From assembly GCA_951406725.2 (NCBI GenBank), contig OX597819.1, positions 73,594,001-73,658,000 of the forward strand: DNA of 64,000 nt. The letters run 5' to 3'. Source of the DNA: Octopus vulgaris. Lineage: Eukaryota. The notes under the pieces were generated by a model that was given only the letters and a program-made list of their open reading frames with translations, was not told the DNA's origin and did not search any database. Positions 1 to 14,100 of the stretch are shown one piece after another. The position numbers and the translations under genes are program-made. Within the stretch, counting starts at the first letter, position 1, and each line of letters opens with the position of its first letter.

Positions 1-35
<35 letters not shown>

Positions 36-984
36 CTATCTATATGTATGTGTGTGTTTGTTATTTGTGTCTGTGTTTGTCCCCCCCACCATCGCTTGAC
101 AACCAATGTTGGTGTGTTTAAGTCCCCATAACTTAGCAGTTTGGCAAAAGAGACCGATAGAATAAGCAGTAGGCTTACAAAGAATAAGTCTTGGAGTTGA
201 TTTGTTCGACTAAAGGTGGTGCTCCAGCAATGGCTGCAGTCGGATGACTGAAACAAGTGAAAGAATAAAAGAATAACGAATGACCCTACTCAGAAATTGG
301 GATGTGTTACTTGTATAGTTTAGAAATGCCTGTTCAGACCATTTGGCCACGTTGCTCGATTTTATGAGTCGGACCCTGCTTACAGTGTGCTCTTCACCGA
401 GGCTCCAGCTGGGTTGGTGGCTGCAGTTGGTCAAACACATATCACATGGTCATAGCTGAGGAGTGGGTAATTCATGGAGTTGGGGAATGATGGGGACTCT
501 GCTCAAGGGATTGCCTGGGAGAACTCAGGAATATTACCAACAATAGGGTGGAATGCAACAATGGTACCAGATTTATTTGATATTTAGAAATGAATCATGG
601 AATATTGTTTTATAGTCACTCATCCTCATCATTTAATGTTTGTCTTCCATGTTAGCAAGGGCTGGATGGTTTGACAGGGTTTAAGGACCTAGGGCCATAG
701 TTTTTGTGGCTGGATGTCTCCTCTAATGCCAACACACTTTGCAGAGTGTACTGGGTGCTTTATTCATGGCACCAGCATTAGTGAGATCACCAAGTAACTC
801 ACAAAACAAAGAAAAGGTGGGGGGAGGTAGGTGGCTTTATGCTGAGTGTCTTGCTATAAAGGAGACACATGGCTACCCCACATTATATAAGGGTGAATGA
901 GAATAGTTGGTAGGGAGATAAAGATGGTAGTGCTGGGGTGCCAGAATATACCCTCAAAGCATAAGAAGTGAGTTTAAAAAATAG

Positions 985-1358
985 GTGCAGGAGTGGCTGT
1001 GTGGTAAGTAGCTTGCTTACCAACCACATGGTTCCAGGTTCATTCCCACTGCATGGCACCTTGGGCAAATGTCTTCTACTTGTAGCCTCAGGCTGACCAA
1101 AGCCTTGTGAGTAGATTTAGTAGACGGGAACATATAAATATATGAGTGTGTGTGTCTGTGTTTGTCTCCCCACCATCACTTGACAACCGATGTTGGTGTG
1201 TTTACGTCCCCGTAACTTAGCGGTTCAGCAAAAGAGACCGATAGAATAAATACTAGGCTTACAAAGAATAAGTCCTGGGGTTGATTTGTTCTACTAAAGG
1301 TGGTGCTCCAGCATGGCCGCAGTCAAATCATTGAAACAAATAAAAGAATAAAAGAATC
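985..1358 (+). mobile_element. tRNA-derived octopus-type SINE, family A (full copy)
   Basis: A/B-box head (tggctgtgtggt...ggttcattcc), CORE-like ccttgggcaa segment, (TG)n linker and aaagaataaaag tail. Related copies at about 40-277, 5190-5360(-), 18070-18250(-), 32080-32450, 36740-37040, 46975-47160, 54375-54765(-) and 60505-60665. Confidence 0.85.
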
Positions 1359-2257
1359 ATGAAAACTGAGTGGATAGGTTGATTTTAGAATGAGAGAAAA
1401 GTGACAGATGGTTAGAGATGGGGACAGAGGTGAATGTAGGGACCAGTGAACTAGGTAAATATCGGTGTGTTGGGCAGTAGAAAGTATTATTACTATTACT
1501 ACTGTTACTGTCGCTGCTACTACTACTACTACAAGTTAGCAGTCATTAAACATTTCAGATCGATGTGCTTAGTGGCACTTCTTGCAGATCTTTATTTTCT
1601 GAGATCGAACCCTGCCAAGGTCAACTTCACTTTTTATCCTTTTGGGAGTCAATAAAATAATGCATCTGTTAAATACCAGATGGAGGCAATTAAAGGGAAA
1701 GGGGTTAGTTGATGCCATTGACCTCAGTGCATGACTGGTACTTTATTTTGGATGAAAGGCAAAGTTGGTTTTAGCTCTCCAGATGTCTCTTTATTTGTGT
1801 TTCTACTACAAAAAAAAATCAACATATAACGTTAACAAACAATAGAATAGGATTGTAGGGGCAGAAACAAAAACCCAAACTACACAAGTCCAGCGACTCC
1901 TTGCTCTCAGTCCCAACTGACCACCTGTGCCTGACCTGTGGCACATCCTTCTGTGCATGCATATGACTGATTGGCCACAGGCAGACACACCCTGCCCTGT
2001 TGTCTTCTCCCATGTAATGTCCTTGGTCATTGTTGACAACAATGGACAAACTAATACTGCAATGCCAATTAGACCAAACCAAGATTCTTCTGCTGTGACA
2101 CCAATTAGATTTAACCAAAATTATTCTCCTGCAATACTATTTCGGTGCTTTATGTTTTCCAAATGTTGCTTTCTTTAAAGGCAGTTTCTAACTGGAAATT
2201 ACACTTCTTCTTGGATTAGTTTATGAGAATTTCCAAGTTTATCTTTTCTAATTGCAG

Positions 2258-2406
2258 ACATCAAAATATGATAGAGAGAGCAATGATGGCAGAATGCTTA
2301 ATATTGCCAACATTCTTGTCAACTTCAAGAGCTTTCCTTCTAGTCTAAGTGAAGATAAAGAACTCTATTTTTCCATCTATGATGCAAGTGAATTGAAATT
2401 CATCAG
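2258..2406 (+). CDS. DOCK3: DOCK exon 1 in window (TSKYDRES...[12 protein letters not shown])
   Basis: ttgcag acceptor, ag|gtcagt donor; matches the DOCK N-terminal C2-like region. Confidence 0.88.
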
Positions 2407-5400
2407 GTCAGTATCAAAGTTATAATTTTTCAATTTTTCTTTCTTCGGGTGCAATAGTTAAGGCATTGAATGAGATTGAATATGTATGTGCAAAAATCTG
2501 TTTTGCCTTTAGATATTATAAAGTTTAGATCAATGCAAGCATGTTTGGGACATATTTGACCTGTAAGAAGGCCATTTTCACAATAGTTTGCCATGGATAA
2601 AAATTTTCATCTTTTGGTAAAAGATATTAGAAACACTAAAGTGAGTTCAGAACATCCTTTATGAACTGATAGATGCATTTCAAGTTACTTTGCTCTCTTC
2701 AGTACCAGATACTGAGCAAGCAACTCTAAACAGACTGGAAGGTTTAACTTTATAAGAAATCAGTTAATATTATTTACTGATTGTGTGCTTCAAATCCCAA
2801 GTCAAAACAAAACATATGGGTGGTGCCCAAAGCAACAGTGAAGAATAAACAAACATTAGAGCAATTCAAATATGAGTGGGGTGTATCTGACCTGTAAAAA
2901 AAGCCATTTTCACTGCAGTCTGCCATGGAGAAAAATTCTTGCTTTAAGTAAAAGGTGTAAACAAAGTTTGGTTAATAGGTTTTGTTTTTTTATTAGAGAC
3001 TGTCTTACCAATATGTTGTACTCAAAATCCAACAGAATATCTTGTTCAAGAAGTCATCCCATTGTAGCTAATTCTGGGATTCATATTTTTGCTTTAGTGT
3101 ATTAGTGTTAGGTTAGATTAATGACTGTTCTTAGTTAAGTGTTTAGTCATTAATCAGATGCATTTTTTTGAGTTTATATCTGTAATATTGCCTTAATGTT
3201 AATTTCTGTATTTTCTAACATGCGTGTCTCCAGTGTGGCCAAAGCCAATTGACTGGAACCACTGAAGAATAAAATAATACATTAAATTGGCCAGGATTGG
3301 GTTTCAGTATCAGGAATTTAGTTTTAGCTGGAAGTATTGTTTTGGTTTGTGAGGTTGTATTCTACCAAAATGATAGAATATCATACATCAAGTGGTCCCT
3401 ATCTATTTTGTTCTCAGTGTATACATTATGTCTGTTCATGTCTCTGGGATCTATGTATATTATTATGGGGTCAGTTTAATCAACTTTACTCTGTTCCAAC
3501 ATATTTGTGATCAGCCTGGTGTCTTTTTTAAGAAATCATTATTATAACCATATTGGTTACAATAAAGAATAAATGAGAAATGAATTGATATTCATGGAGT
3601 TGAGAGAGAGGCCATAATATCTTGGTGCATGGAGAAATATCACCATTAGAGTGAAGAGGCAGAGAATGCTGTGAAGCCATCAAGATTGATGGTGATGCTA
3701 ATAAATTTTGTTTCATTCTGTCTGGTTAGTTAGAATCATAAATTTTTAATTTCATTCTCTTTTTTTTTTTCATGCTCCAGTGAACGTTTCCTTGTTTCAA
3801 TTAATGATCAAGGAATGACTCAACCCATTGAAAAACTGAACAACTGCTATGGTCTATTTTTGGTAAGTTCTGCAACTTCAATAGAAGACTATTTTATACA
3901 AATCTAATTCAATTGTTTGAAATTAATTTCTTCTTTTGTTAAATTCATATCATTCTTCCTTTCATTACCATCATTAGTGTGATGGGTAAAATTGAACTGG
4001 TGTTTTTCAGTGTACTCAAAAGTACAAAGAAACTCTCCAAACTCATTTTAGTAACGTCTCAAATAACTCGAGGAAATTTCCCTCAAACATGTCCCTGTTC
4101 CATTCATGTATCTGTGAGCCAGAACTGTTAATGGAATGCAGCTTTCTTTTCTTTCCTTACCACCAGCACTGTGATATGCCCCCTGCAATAAAAGGCCCTT
4201 AAATCTCTCTCATCCAGATTTCTTAGCAATAAAAGATATCCCGACAGTTCACCATTTAGCCTCTTGGTACCAAATTATTGAATGATATTTTACTTGTCTT
4301 GAATCCATTCACGGCCAAAATCTCTAACAGACTCACTTATGTGTAACTCTCTCAAAGCCAAGATAAGCACCAAAACTATTTCTGTTATACTGATTACATG
4401 ACAGTGGCATTAACTCAAGTTTAACCCTTTCGTTACTGTATTTCTGTTGAGATGCTCTGTGTTTCTTTCAATTACTTTAAATATAACAAATAATTTAGTA
4501 AAATAATTTATCATTAAGCTAGTGTTAGGAACGTAAATTGTGACTAAGGTTTGGTGGAAGATTTTAATTCAAAACTTATGAAAACAAGACACTTGCATAC
4601 AAAGCCAGAGCTGGTTTCAGCCGGATTAGTAATGAAAGGGTTAATAAGCAGCAGCTCTTATATTCCTCACTAGTCTTTCAATACTTCCTTATTTCTCTGT
4701 ATTCCCAGAGGCTATTCTAGTCAAAAGCAATGGAAAGAGAAAAAGTCTTTTACCTGGAAGCATTAAAATCCTTATTTTACATTGTTTCTTTAATGTTTCT
4801 TCCAAAACTATGAAAATTTTTATTAAAATATGTATTTTCTTCCCAAGGATCTTCCATTGGAGAAAGACTTATGGCTTGTCGTACAAATCTACAGAATTGG
4901 TAAATATTTGATTTTGCCCTCCTTTTATGTTGATCTTTTCATTCTTTCATCCTTCATTATCTTTTAATGTCTACCTTTTCCATGCTTTGTATGAGTCAGA
5001 TGGAATTTCTTGAGGCTGATTTTCTTTGGCCAGATGCCCTTCCTGTCACCAACCCTCACCTGTTTCCAAGTAAGGTGTTATTTTCCAATGGCCAGGTATG
5101 TTTCTTCACAGAGGACTGGAAACAGATAACACCACTTGTATGATGGTCATGCTCATTTATAGCCATCACATGATGTCAAGACAAGGGGACACACACGACA
5201 CAACAGGCTTTGTCTAATTTCTATCTCCCAAGTCCACTCAGAAGGTTTGGTTGGGCCTGGGCTAGAGTAGAAGGCACTTGCCCAAGGTGCCATGCAGTGG
5301 GACTGAACCCAAGACCACATGATTGATGAGCAAGCTTCTTACCCACACAACCACACTTACTCCTTTCCTTTTCATGCTTACAAAGACAAATTCTGAGTCA

Positions 5401-8049
5401 GTTGTCTTTTCATATTCGCTATTTTTTGGTGGGCAAAGGACCAGACATATTTTGTAATATCATGAAAAAGAGTGCTTCTGCTCTATTACAGTATGTTACC
5501 TTTTTACTAAATATAACGAGCTAAGTCTCATATTCCTTTGTTTCCCAACTGGGGTACCCTACAGCAGACACTTATATTTGTCACCTCTATACCTTAAATC
5601 TTTCAGCTGGCACAAAGCCAAAACCTCTCAGTACTACTCCTTCCCCTCCTAGTTGAGGGGTCTTTGTCTTGCAATGAACTTGGTGACCCTGTCAGTGCTG
5701 GTGCCACATAAAAAGCACTAGTTGGTGATTGTACCATGCAAAGAGCACTGGTGCTGGTGCCATGTAAACAGCATTGGTTGGTGATTGTGTCGCATAAAAA
5801 GCACCCTGTACACTTTGTAAAGTGGTTGGCTTTAGGAAGGGCATCCAGCCATAGAAACTATATCAAAACAGACTATGGAACCTGGTGTGGCTCCTGACCT
5901 TGCCAGCTCCTGTCAAACCATCCAGCCCATGCCAACATAGAAAACAAATATTAAATGATGATGATGAAGTCTCTCCCTCTCTCTCTTCTCTCTCAGTAAA
6001 CTCTATTTTAAATTCATTATGGGAACTACATTTTAACCTGTAAATCTGAGGCCATTTTTAAATGTGGATAGTCCAGCTTTACTATTGATTGATGATGTTC
6101 TTTCAAGTAAAACTGACCCCTGGTCTACCCAAGAACCGCATCAGGACTACAATTCCTCTTCTCTAACTCTGTCTCTTTTTTATTTCTATGACAACAGGTA
6201 AAATGCTAACCAGTGACACAAGCAAAAAAAGTAGCAGCAACAAGAAGTTTCGCAGACCGTATGGAGCGGCAGGTGAGAGCTTGGCTTCCTTTTTGTCTTA
6301 TATTTCATTTATCTTCCACTGGTGAAAGTTTACATTGAACTCCAAATTCTTCAGTTGATTCTATTAAATTTATCAGTTTGTTTGGCAAAATTTCTTTTGT
6401 AACTATTCAAAAGGTAACCGTTACATTTCTTGTTGTTAGGAAGCATTTGTTTGAGAACAACTCACAAAGCTATTAAACTGATTTCAAATTTGAATTCATT
6501 TAATGTGGCTTCAAGGTCTTCATTGCATGGCTGCGACTTGGTTGTCAATGCAGTTCCATTGCAATTGTAACAGTATCCAGGTTGCAGTTGTGTAACAAAG
6601 ATTTTGACAATACCTGAAATATAAATTAAGATCTAAAGTGAATTTAATAGTTTTGTGTATTATTAAATGGTTCTGCTGTAGTAAAATGTCTTTAGCGTCA
6701 ACATAAAGTTCTTGTATCAAATCACAAGTTCAACTCTATTTTTAAAAGATAAAAGAATATCGTTATCATTAATTTTTGTCTTTTTTCTATTTTCATCCAG
6801 GAATCAATAAAATAATCCTTGCCAATCAACACTGTCCCCTTTTCCCACTAAACACATTTTTTGTATGGAATATTCTTATTGTTATTATTTTCCTTTTTCT
6901 TTCGCTATCTTTCCAGTTTGTTCCTTGAAGGAAATCAACCAAGCCAAGTTTAGTCACGATGAAACTGAAGTGACGCTGAAGGTAACAAGGTCAGTAAAGT
7001 TAACCTTCAGCAAGTTTTTTTCCTTAAGCCTTATAGTCGAGATTGAAAGCAGTGGCCCATGGCTGGTGAGCAGAGAGATATGGAGGGTGTCCTCAAACCA
7101 GAACCCTGGTCTAAATGTTTGCAACAGAGTAGATTCTGCTAAAGACACCCAAGGTATCTGTTGAAGGTGTTAAACTGAGCAGTGGGTTTAAGTCTGCCAC
7201 CCAGTTAGGCCCTTGTGGGATTTGAACTCAGATCACAAAAAGCTGGAACAAATACTGCAAGGTATCATGTCCCATGTTCTTACTATTTAAAAAATCTGCC
7301 TCCTTGGTACTTTTTTTATTGTTTTAGTCAGGAGGGAAGGCAATGTTATTGATTCAGTTCCAGGGCCTCTGGCACTGGTGGCACAGAGACAGGTATTCTT
7401 AAACTGGATGCTGGATTGAATGCTTATAACACAATGGCTCCTCCACTAAAGATTACACTCAGTGTGTCAGGTGTGAAAACAAGTGATGGCTTTTATGTGC
7501 CACTGGCATAAGAGCCAGTCAGGCAGACCTGGCATCGGCCATGTTCATATGGTGTTTTTTACGTGTCACTGGCATGGGAGCCAGTCAGGGGGAACTGGCC
7601 AACTGAATTGAGTTTTTCTATGGCTAAATGCCCTTCCTAACACGAATCACTTTATAGTGTGTACTGGATGCTTTTTTTATGGCACCAGCATTAGAAAGGT
7701 CTCCAAGTAACCCACAAGATGAAAAAAACCTGCTCTGCTAATTAGTGTATACCCCATCTCCTAATTTACCCTCCTCTTCTAATTGGTATAGACACTTCTG
7801 TTAATTAATGTATACTTGTCTTTGTTTTACAGTGTAGATAAAGAGGAATTATTTCACAACTTACATGACAATATTATAAGGAGGGCCTTACAACGGATAC
7901 CAACATCAGAAAAAAATCTCTCAGGTAATGACCCTTCCTAATTTTCAATTCCAGGATCATGTAATTTGGTTCTGAAATAATTAAAATAATCTTATTCATT
8001 AATTTTGCAGTTTGGTTTCTGGAAAAGAAATATTTCTGTTATTGAAACA

Positions 8050-8114
<65 letters not shown>

Positions 8115-11100
8115 AGGCAGTAAGTTGGCAAATAGTTAGCATGTCAGGCAAAATGCTTAGCGGCATTTCGTCTGTCTGTATGTTCTGAGTTCAAATTCCA
8201 CTGTGGTTGACTTTGCCTTTTATCTTTTTGAGGCTGATAAAATAAGTACCAGTTCTGTACTGGGATATATGTAATTGACTTGCTTTTTCCCTCAGGATTG
8301 CTGGCTTTGTGCCAAATTTTGAAGTCATTATTATTATTATTATTATCATTATTATTACATGCTATATTAGCTAGCAGGTATGTTGTCATGAGGTTTAGTG
8401 ACAACAAGTTTCTTCAGGTCTCAAGTAGCTTTCTTAGGATTCTTGTAGAACATGGGATGGTTCTTTTCTGCAGGTCGACAATGCGTGTCTTACTTCAATC
8501 TTTTTCATGGCAGTTTGGCTGCCAAATGCACCAATTTCCACAGGAACAATTGTCACCATTGTTTTCCACAATCTCTTTATCTCTCAATTTTTTCAGTTTC
8601 TTTAGTAGCCATTCTATTACCTTATAGTATTGCAACATCTATGATCTTACTCTGTTTCTTTCTTTTGCCCTCAGATCTCCTTGCAGGGTCTTTATGGGTA
8701 CATCCTATAAATTCCTGTAATTCCTATTCCCTATCACAGCCTCTGTTCATCTTCATACCACTTCTCTGTTATTTCAAGACCATACACGCAGCTAGCATCC
8801 CAATGCACTCTTTTACTTATAGAGTCATGCCTGCATTTATACTCTTTTCATGCTAGTATACTGCACTCACTCAAGAGATGATTAGTATTTTCATCTCCTT
8901 TCTTGCAGATTCTACATGTGCTGTTTGATTGAGTTTTGTTGATTTTTGCCTTTATCAGAATTGTTCCTAATGGCTTGTCCCTGTGTAGCTTCAATTAGCA
9001 ATTTGATTTCTCAATTCAAGTTTCTGTCTTTTAGCCATAACTAGTTTTTTTAAACTTTGAATATCCCCTGCTTGTGCTATGAATTGAACACATAATTCCA
9101 TTTCTTTTTATTTGTTTCTTCTGTTGTTCTTCCTTTTCTGTTTGAATTCTACTGTTTCAGTCACTGTTTGGCTATCCCTAACTGCCAATAATATTCTTTC
9201 TTTACTCTGCACAATATAATTTTTCAAACCTATTTTTACAGTCTTGACTACCTTCTGTTTAATAATCCTCTGCTTCCTTCCTTTCTTGCTTAGTTTCTTT
9301 TAGTGTTACTTTTAGGGTGGCTTGCATTGTGAGTAGCTTTCTAGTTCTACTTAATTTCTGTAGCCCAAACGTCCATTTCAAAAAGGGAACAGAGTATCCC
9401 AGTATTGGCATAGCCCATATATTTATGGCTTTAATGATGTTCTCTCCTTTCAATTTTGTGTCGAGCACCTTCCCAATTCATCTCTTGTACTCTTTAGTGA
9501 CTTTCTCTATTTTTTCCTCTTCCATTATCGTATCATCTTGCAGCACTCCCAGATATTTGTATCCCTCATTATTCCACAGTGATCTAATGATGTGATTTTA
9601 TGCCATCAGAGTCTATCTTCCGGCCTCTCTTCATAATTAACACAGCACATTTAATCACCCCACACTACATTCCAATATCCTTGCTGAATACTCTTACTGT
9701 TTTGGGTTAGAGAATCCAGGTTCTTTTTTTTTTTTTCAAGTATTTATGTATTGTTTGCAGTCATCCATATAAAGCAGGTGATATATTTCTACTTTGGTTT
9801 TGATAAATTTGTAGTCAAGCCTGGATTCTCTCACTACAAATGTTAGAAGGATTACCAGTGTTTTTCTTGCTTTTGGCCCAATGCTCAAAGCAGGCACATT
9901 CCTGTCTTCATAATGGTAACATGTCCCAATGCTCAAAGCAGACACATTCCTGTCTTTCATAACGGTAACATGTGTCTGATAGGCTCCATTTGCTCTTCTT
10001 TCATTCTTTTATTAATTCTTACCTAAAATGATTTCCTGCTTTCAACAAGAAGCATTTTATTTTATTCATTCCTGTTTTCTCTCTCTCTTTCTTCCTCTTT
10101 CTCTGTCTGTCTGTCTCTCTCTCTGGTGGTTTTGTCATTTTGTTCCAATACTTAGAGCAGAAACATTCCTGTCTTCATAATAGCTACACATGTCTGAGAT
10201 TAGCTAGATTTTAACCCAGAACATGAAGGGTAACCCCAAGTTCTGAGAAAAGTTTTTTGTTTGTTGTTCTACTAATGCTTCTAATTTGTTGTTTTATTTT
10301 GGAATTTAAATTATCTTTAATTTGTTCTGTATTTCATTTTATGTTTTTTTTTTTTCTTATAAAACATTAAATGACAGAAAAAATGACAACAGATTTGTGA
10401 AAGAATTCTTTATTCTATAGAAATTGTACCATATTGTTTTCAGGGATTAAATTCCACTATTATTTCAGGGATCCACAATTTGCTAAGTTCTGATTCATAC
10501 TTCCCTAATTTGAGGAATCGCAGTTTTAAAAATTCAGGTGAGGTGAAAAAAAACAAAAACAAAATTTAAAAAATGCCCCCCTCAATGTTGAGGACCATTG
10601 TCTCTGTAGATCCTTTGAGTGCTGGATAACTGTGTGCTTTTATAAAGAAGATCTTTTCTTTGTCATTAATGTAATAAGAGCTTCCCCACCCTTCTATTTT
10701 AGTCAGGTTCATTGGGTTCTATTTGAAATTTTAGAAATCAGCAAAACTATATAGTTTTGGAAATGTCAAAACATGGAGAATTCAAAACTTAATCTTGGTA
10801 TTTGTGTAGACTCCTGCTTGGTTCCCTTTTGGAGTTTGAAAATGGTAGCTGTAAAATACTTCAACCAAGATCATAATTAGATGGGCCATACTAGTTTTTT
10901 GGCCTCAGGAAAATCACTGCTAACATAATCAGGCTTCTCTTCTTCATATTTTAAAACCATTTTACCTTTCTAGGGATCAGTGGATGCCAGAGACATAGAC
11001 ATAATGTGTGAAAGATACAAAAATCAAACATATTCTACTCACCCGTTCTGGTTTATAAATTCTTTGTTGAATTTGCTTATTCCATGTTATTGGTTGAGAA

Positions 11101-14100
11101 ATTCACTTGTAGTCTTCTAGGAGCTGAAGGGAAGTTGTCCAGAAATGTGAAATGACATTCAAGATGGGGACATATTTGTCGTCTGAATCGATTGGCACAG
11201 ACCATGTATGTGAACATCATCATCATCATCATTTAACGCCTGCTTTCCATGCTGGCATGGGTTGGATGGTTTGACTGAAAACTGGTAAGCCAAGGAGCCA
11301 TACCAGGTTCCAATCTGATTTGGCAAGGTTTCTACAGCTGGATGCCCTTCCTAATGCCAACCACTCCAAGAATGCTGTGGGTATTTTTATGTGCCACTGG
11401 CATGGGTGCCATTGATCTGACACCAGCATCGGCCATGACTACAGTCTCACTTGGCTTGACAGATCTACACAAACATGGTATATTGCCAAAAGTCTTGGTC
11501 ACCTGTCACTGTGAGGCCAAACTGCTTCCATGAGGCCAAACTGCCTTCGTGAAGCCAAACTGCCTCCATGACGCCAAACTGCCTTCGTGAGGCCGAACTG
11601 CCTTTGTGAGGCCAAACTGCCTTCGTAAAGCCAAAGTGCCTCTGTGAAGTCAAACTGCCTTCATGAAACCAAACTGCCTCCATGAGGCCAAACTGCCTCC
11701 ATGAGGCCAAACTGCCTTCATAAGACCAAACTGCCTTCATGAGGCCAAACTGTCTTCATGAGTCCAAATTGCCTTTGGGAAGCCAAACTGCTTCTGTGAG
11801 ACCAAACTGTCTTCGTGAAGTCAAACTGCTTCCGTAAGGCCAAACTGCCTTTGTGAAGCCAAACTGCATCTGTGAGGCCTTACTGCCTCTGTAATAGTAT
11901 GTTGAAAATTAATTCAATGCATACAGTAGAAACAGCTTTGAATTAAAATAGGCATCTGTGTATCATATCTAATATATGTACACCTTTGACAGACATCTTT
12001 CATAGGAAGTTAATTAGAAAATAGATTCTTGGTTAATTAGTATTTCTAATAATGCCAATGTATATAGCAACAGTTGACATCACTAAAGATATCACACCTC
12101 AAATTTGGCATCCCTGCTCAAAAAACTACAAGAATACTACATGGTAGATGTAAGGTACTAGCAAGAAAAATTATGATATTCTGAACATGATCCAAGCTGC
12201 CATACTCACTCATGAGAATTTATAAAAAAAAACAACAGCATACAACATTTTTTTGTTACTTTCATATGAAAGTGACCCTTATTTCAAAGCCTTTATTGGA
12301 CTCCTTTACTTAGAAAACACAAAATTAGCATAAGTTTTTAGGTTCATTAGAAACCAATGTATATTTATTTATAGTGGTGGTCACTTTGAAAACTCAAAAT
12401 GGTAGCCATGCAGGTGTCTTTACCAAAGCCAGCCTTAATTTTTAGATTCTCCATTCTCTAATGATTCTAGAAATGTACAGGCTTATTAATTGATGCCCAA
12501 AACTTCTGAAGCTGACTATAAGTAAAATTCTTTATATATTGGAGTGAAATTTCACAAAACCATTGCAAGTTAACATAACATGTAGATCCTATGTATATAA
12601 CCAAGTCTCAGCTTTTTGAGGAATTCTAAAACCTTGTATTATTTCACTAATCATGTCCGTTGATCCTTTATGATATAAAATGACACACACACACACACAC
12701 ACACGCACACACTGGTTGTGTGACTATGGCATCATTGAACCACATACTACATACACTTAAGCCTTGTCACAGCTGCTGTGTAGTAACCCACATCCTTGTC
12801 CCCATATAAGTGTTTAGCTGGTTATTGCATGAATTGAAGTGTTTAGCAGTCAGAATGACATTTAAATGTAAGAAACGTTTATAAAAACTCTCCACACTCC
12901 ATCACTTGGGTTAGATTAATTAATCAGAAATAGTTGACTTGTGCCTAGCATAGAAAACAATGTAAAACATTTTAAAAAATGGATAAAATATAAAGATTAG
13001 TTGAGTCTTTTTTTGTTTTTCAAACAACTTCTTTAACTCTTTAGCATTTAAACTGATCAAAATAATCTACCTCTCCATCATTGAATCTTAAAGCCATAAG
13101 ATAATGCATGAATAATTCAAAACAATGTGAATAAAAATGCATTACATTTGACAGAATAACCTGAATGCTAAAGAGTGAAAGACTTTTCCCTTGCACCATG
13201 TGAACCAATTTACCTTGATCTAGAACTATGCAATGAGTTATGAACCATTGTAGAAATTGCTTTAAGCTGTCGTACATAGGCTGTAAGCTATTTTAGAAAT
13301 AGCTTACAAAAAAAACCTGTTTATTAATCGTATTTGTTTTTAACTATTCATTAGGTCTTATTGTAATTTGCCTCTGTCTCCTCCCATGTCTACAATCAGA
13401 TTTCCCATGCTAATACATCTGGAAATATTTGTATTGAAGCAGCTGTGTTTTATATAATCCAGCTGCTACCAACTGACCTGTGAAATAGAGTTTAAACTTG
13501 TTACACGTACAAACTGGTCCAAGCAGTAGTGTTATTATGGACATTGTCCAACAGCTCTGAATGTATCTCCTGTAGTGAAATATTAATTAACTACTAAGGT
13601 TTTCAAATGAATGATATTAGACATTCTAAGCACAAAATTGATTCAATTAAATCTAAGTGATTAATTAAGTTGTGGAGTTGAAAGACTACAATTAAAAATA
13701 TCAAGAATAATTTATTGTATCTAATTCATTTTTAATGGCTGAACTCAAAGTAGAAAAATTATAAATAACAAGGTAAATATTGAGTGAAACACATTTTGTA
13801 TAGAAAAAGTCAAGGGCTGTCCATGACTTCAACTCAGTATTATTATTTATAGCCTTGTCTACTTGAAGTTCAACCATTAAATACAAATTAGTTCTTGTTC
13901 TCTCAAAGTTTCTAAATTTTGATGATACAAACAACTTCCATTTATTGTATTTAATTTAAGAAGCTGGAGTGGCAGGTATTCTGTGGAATTACAGATAAGG
14001 CAGTTTACTCGGCTGACAAAATAGAAAGGCAGTCGAAATCTTGAGGCTGAGTCTGTTGCTTTTTTGTAACTCAAACTGATACTTGTAATATTTCATACCA

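Noticed and set aside
11511-11892. CRISPR-like array
   Set aside because: Units are contiguous with no unique spacers, in a eukaryotic intron; it is a minisatellite.
13355-13413. Duplicate or mutually exclusive version of exon 7 ([10 protein letters not shown]...)
   Set aside because: Only superficial N-terminal similarity, and it hits a stop codon after 19 codons.
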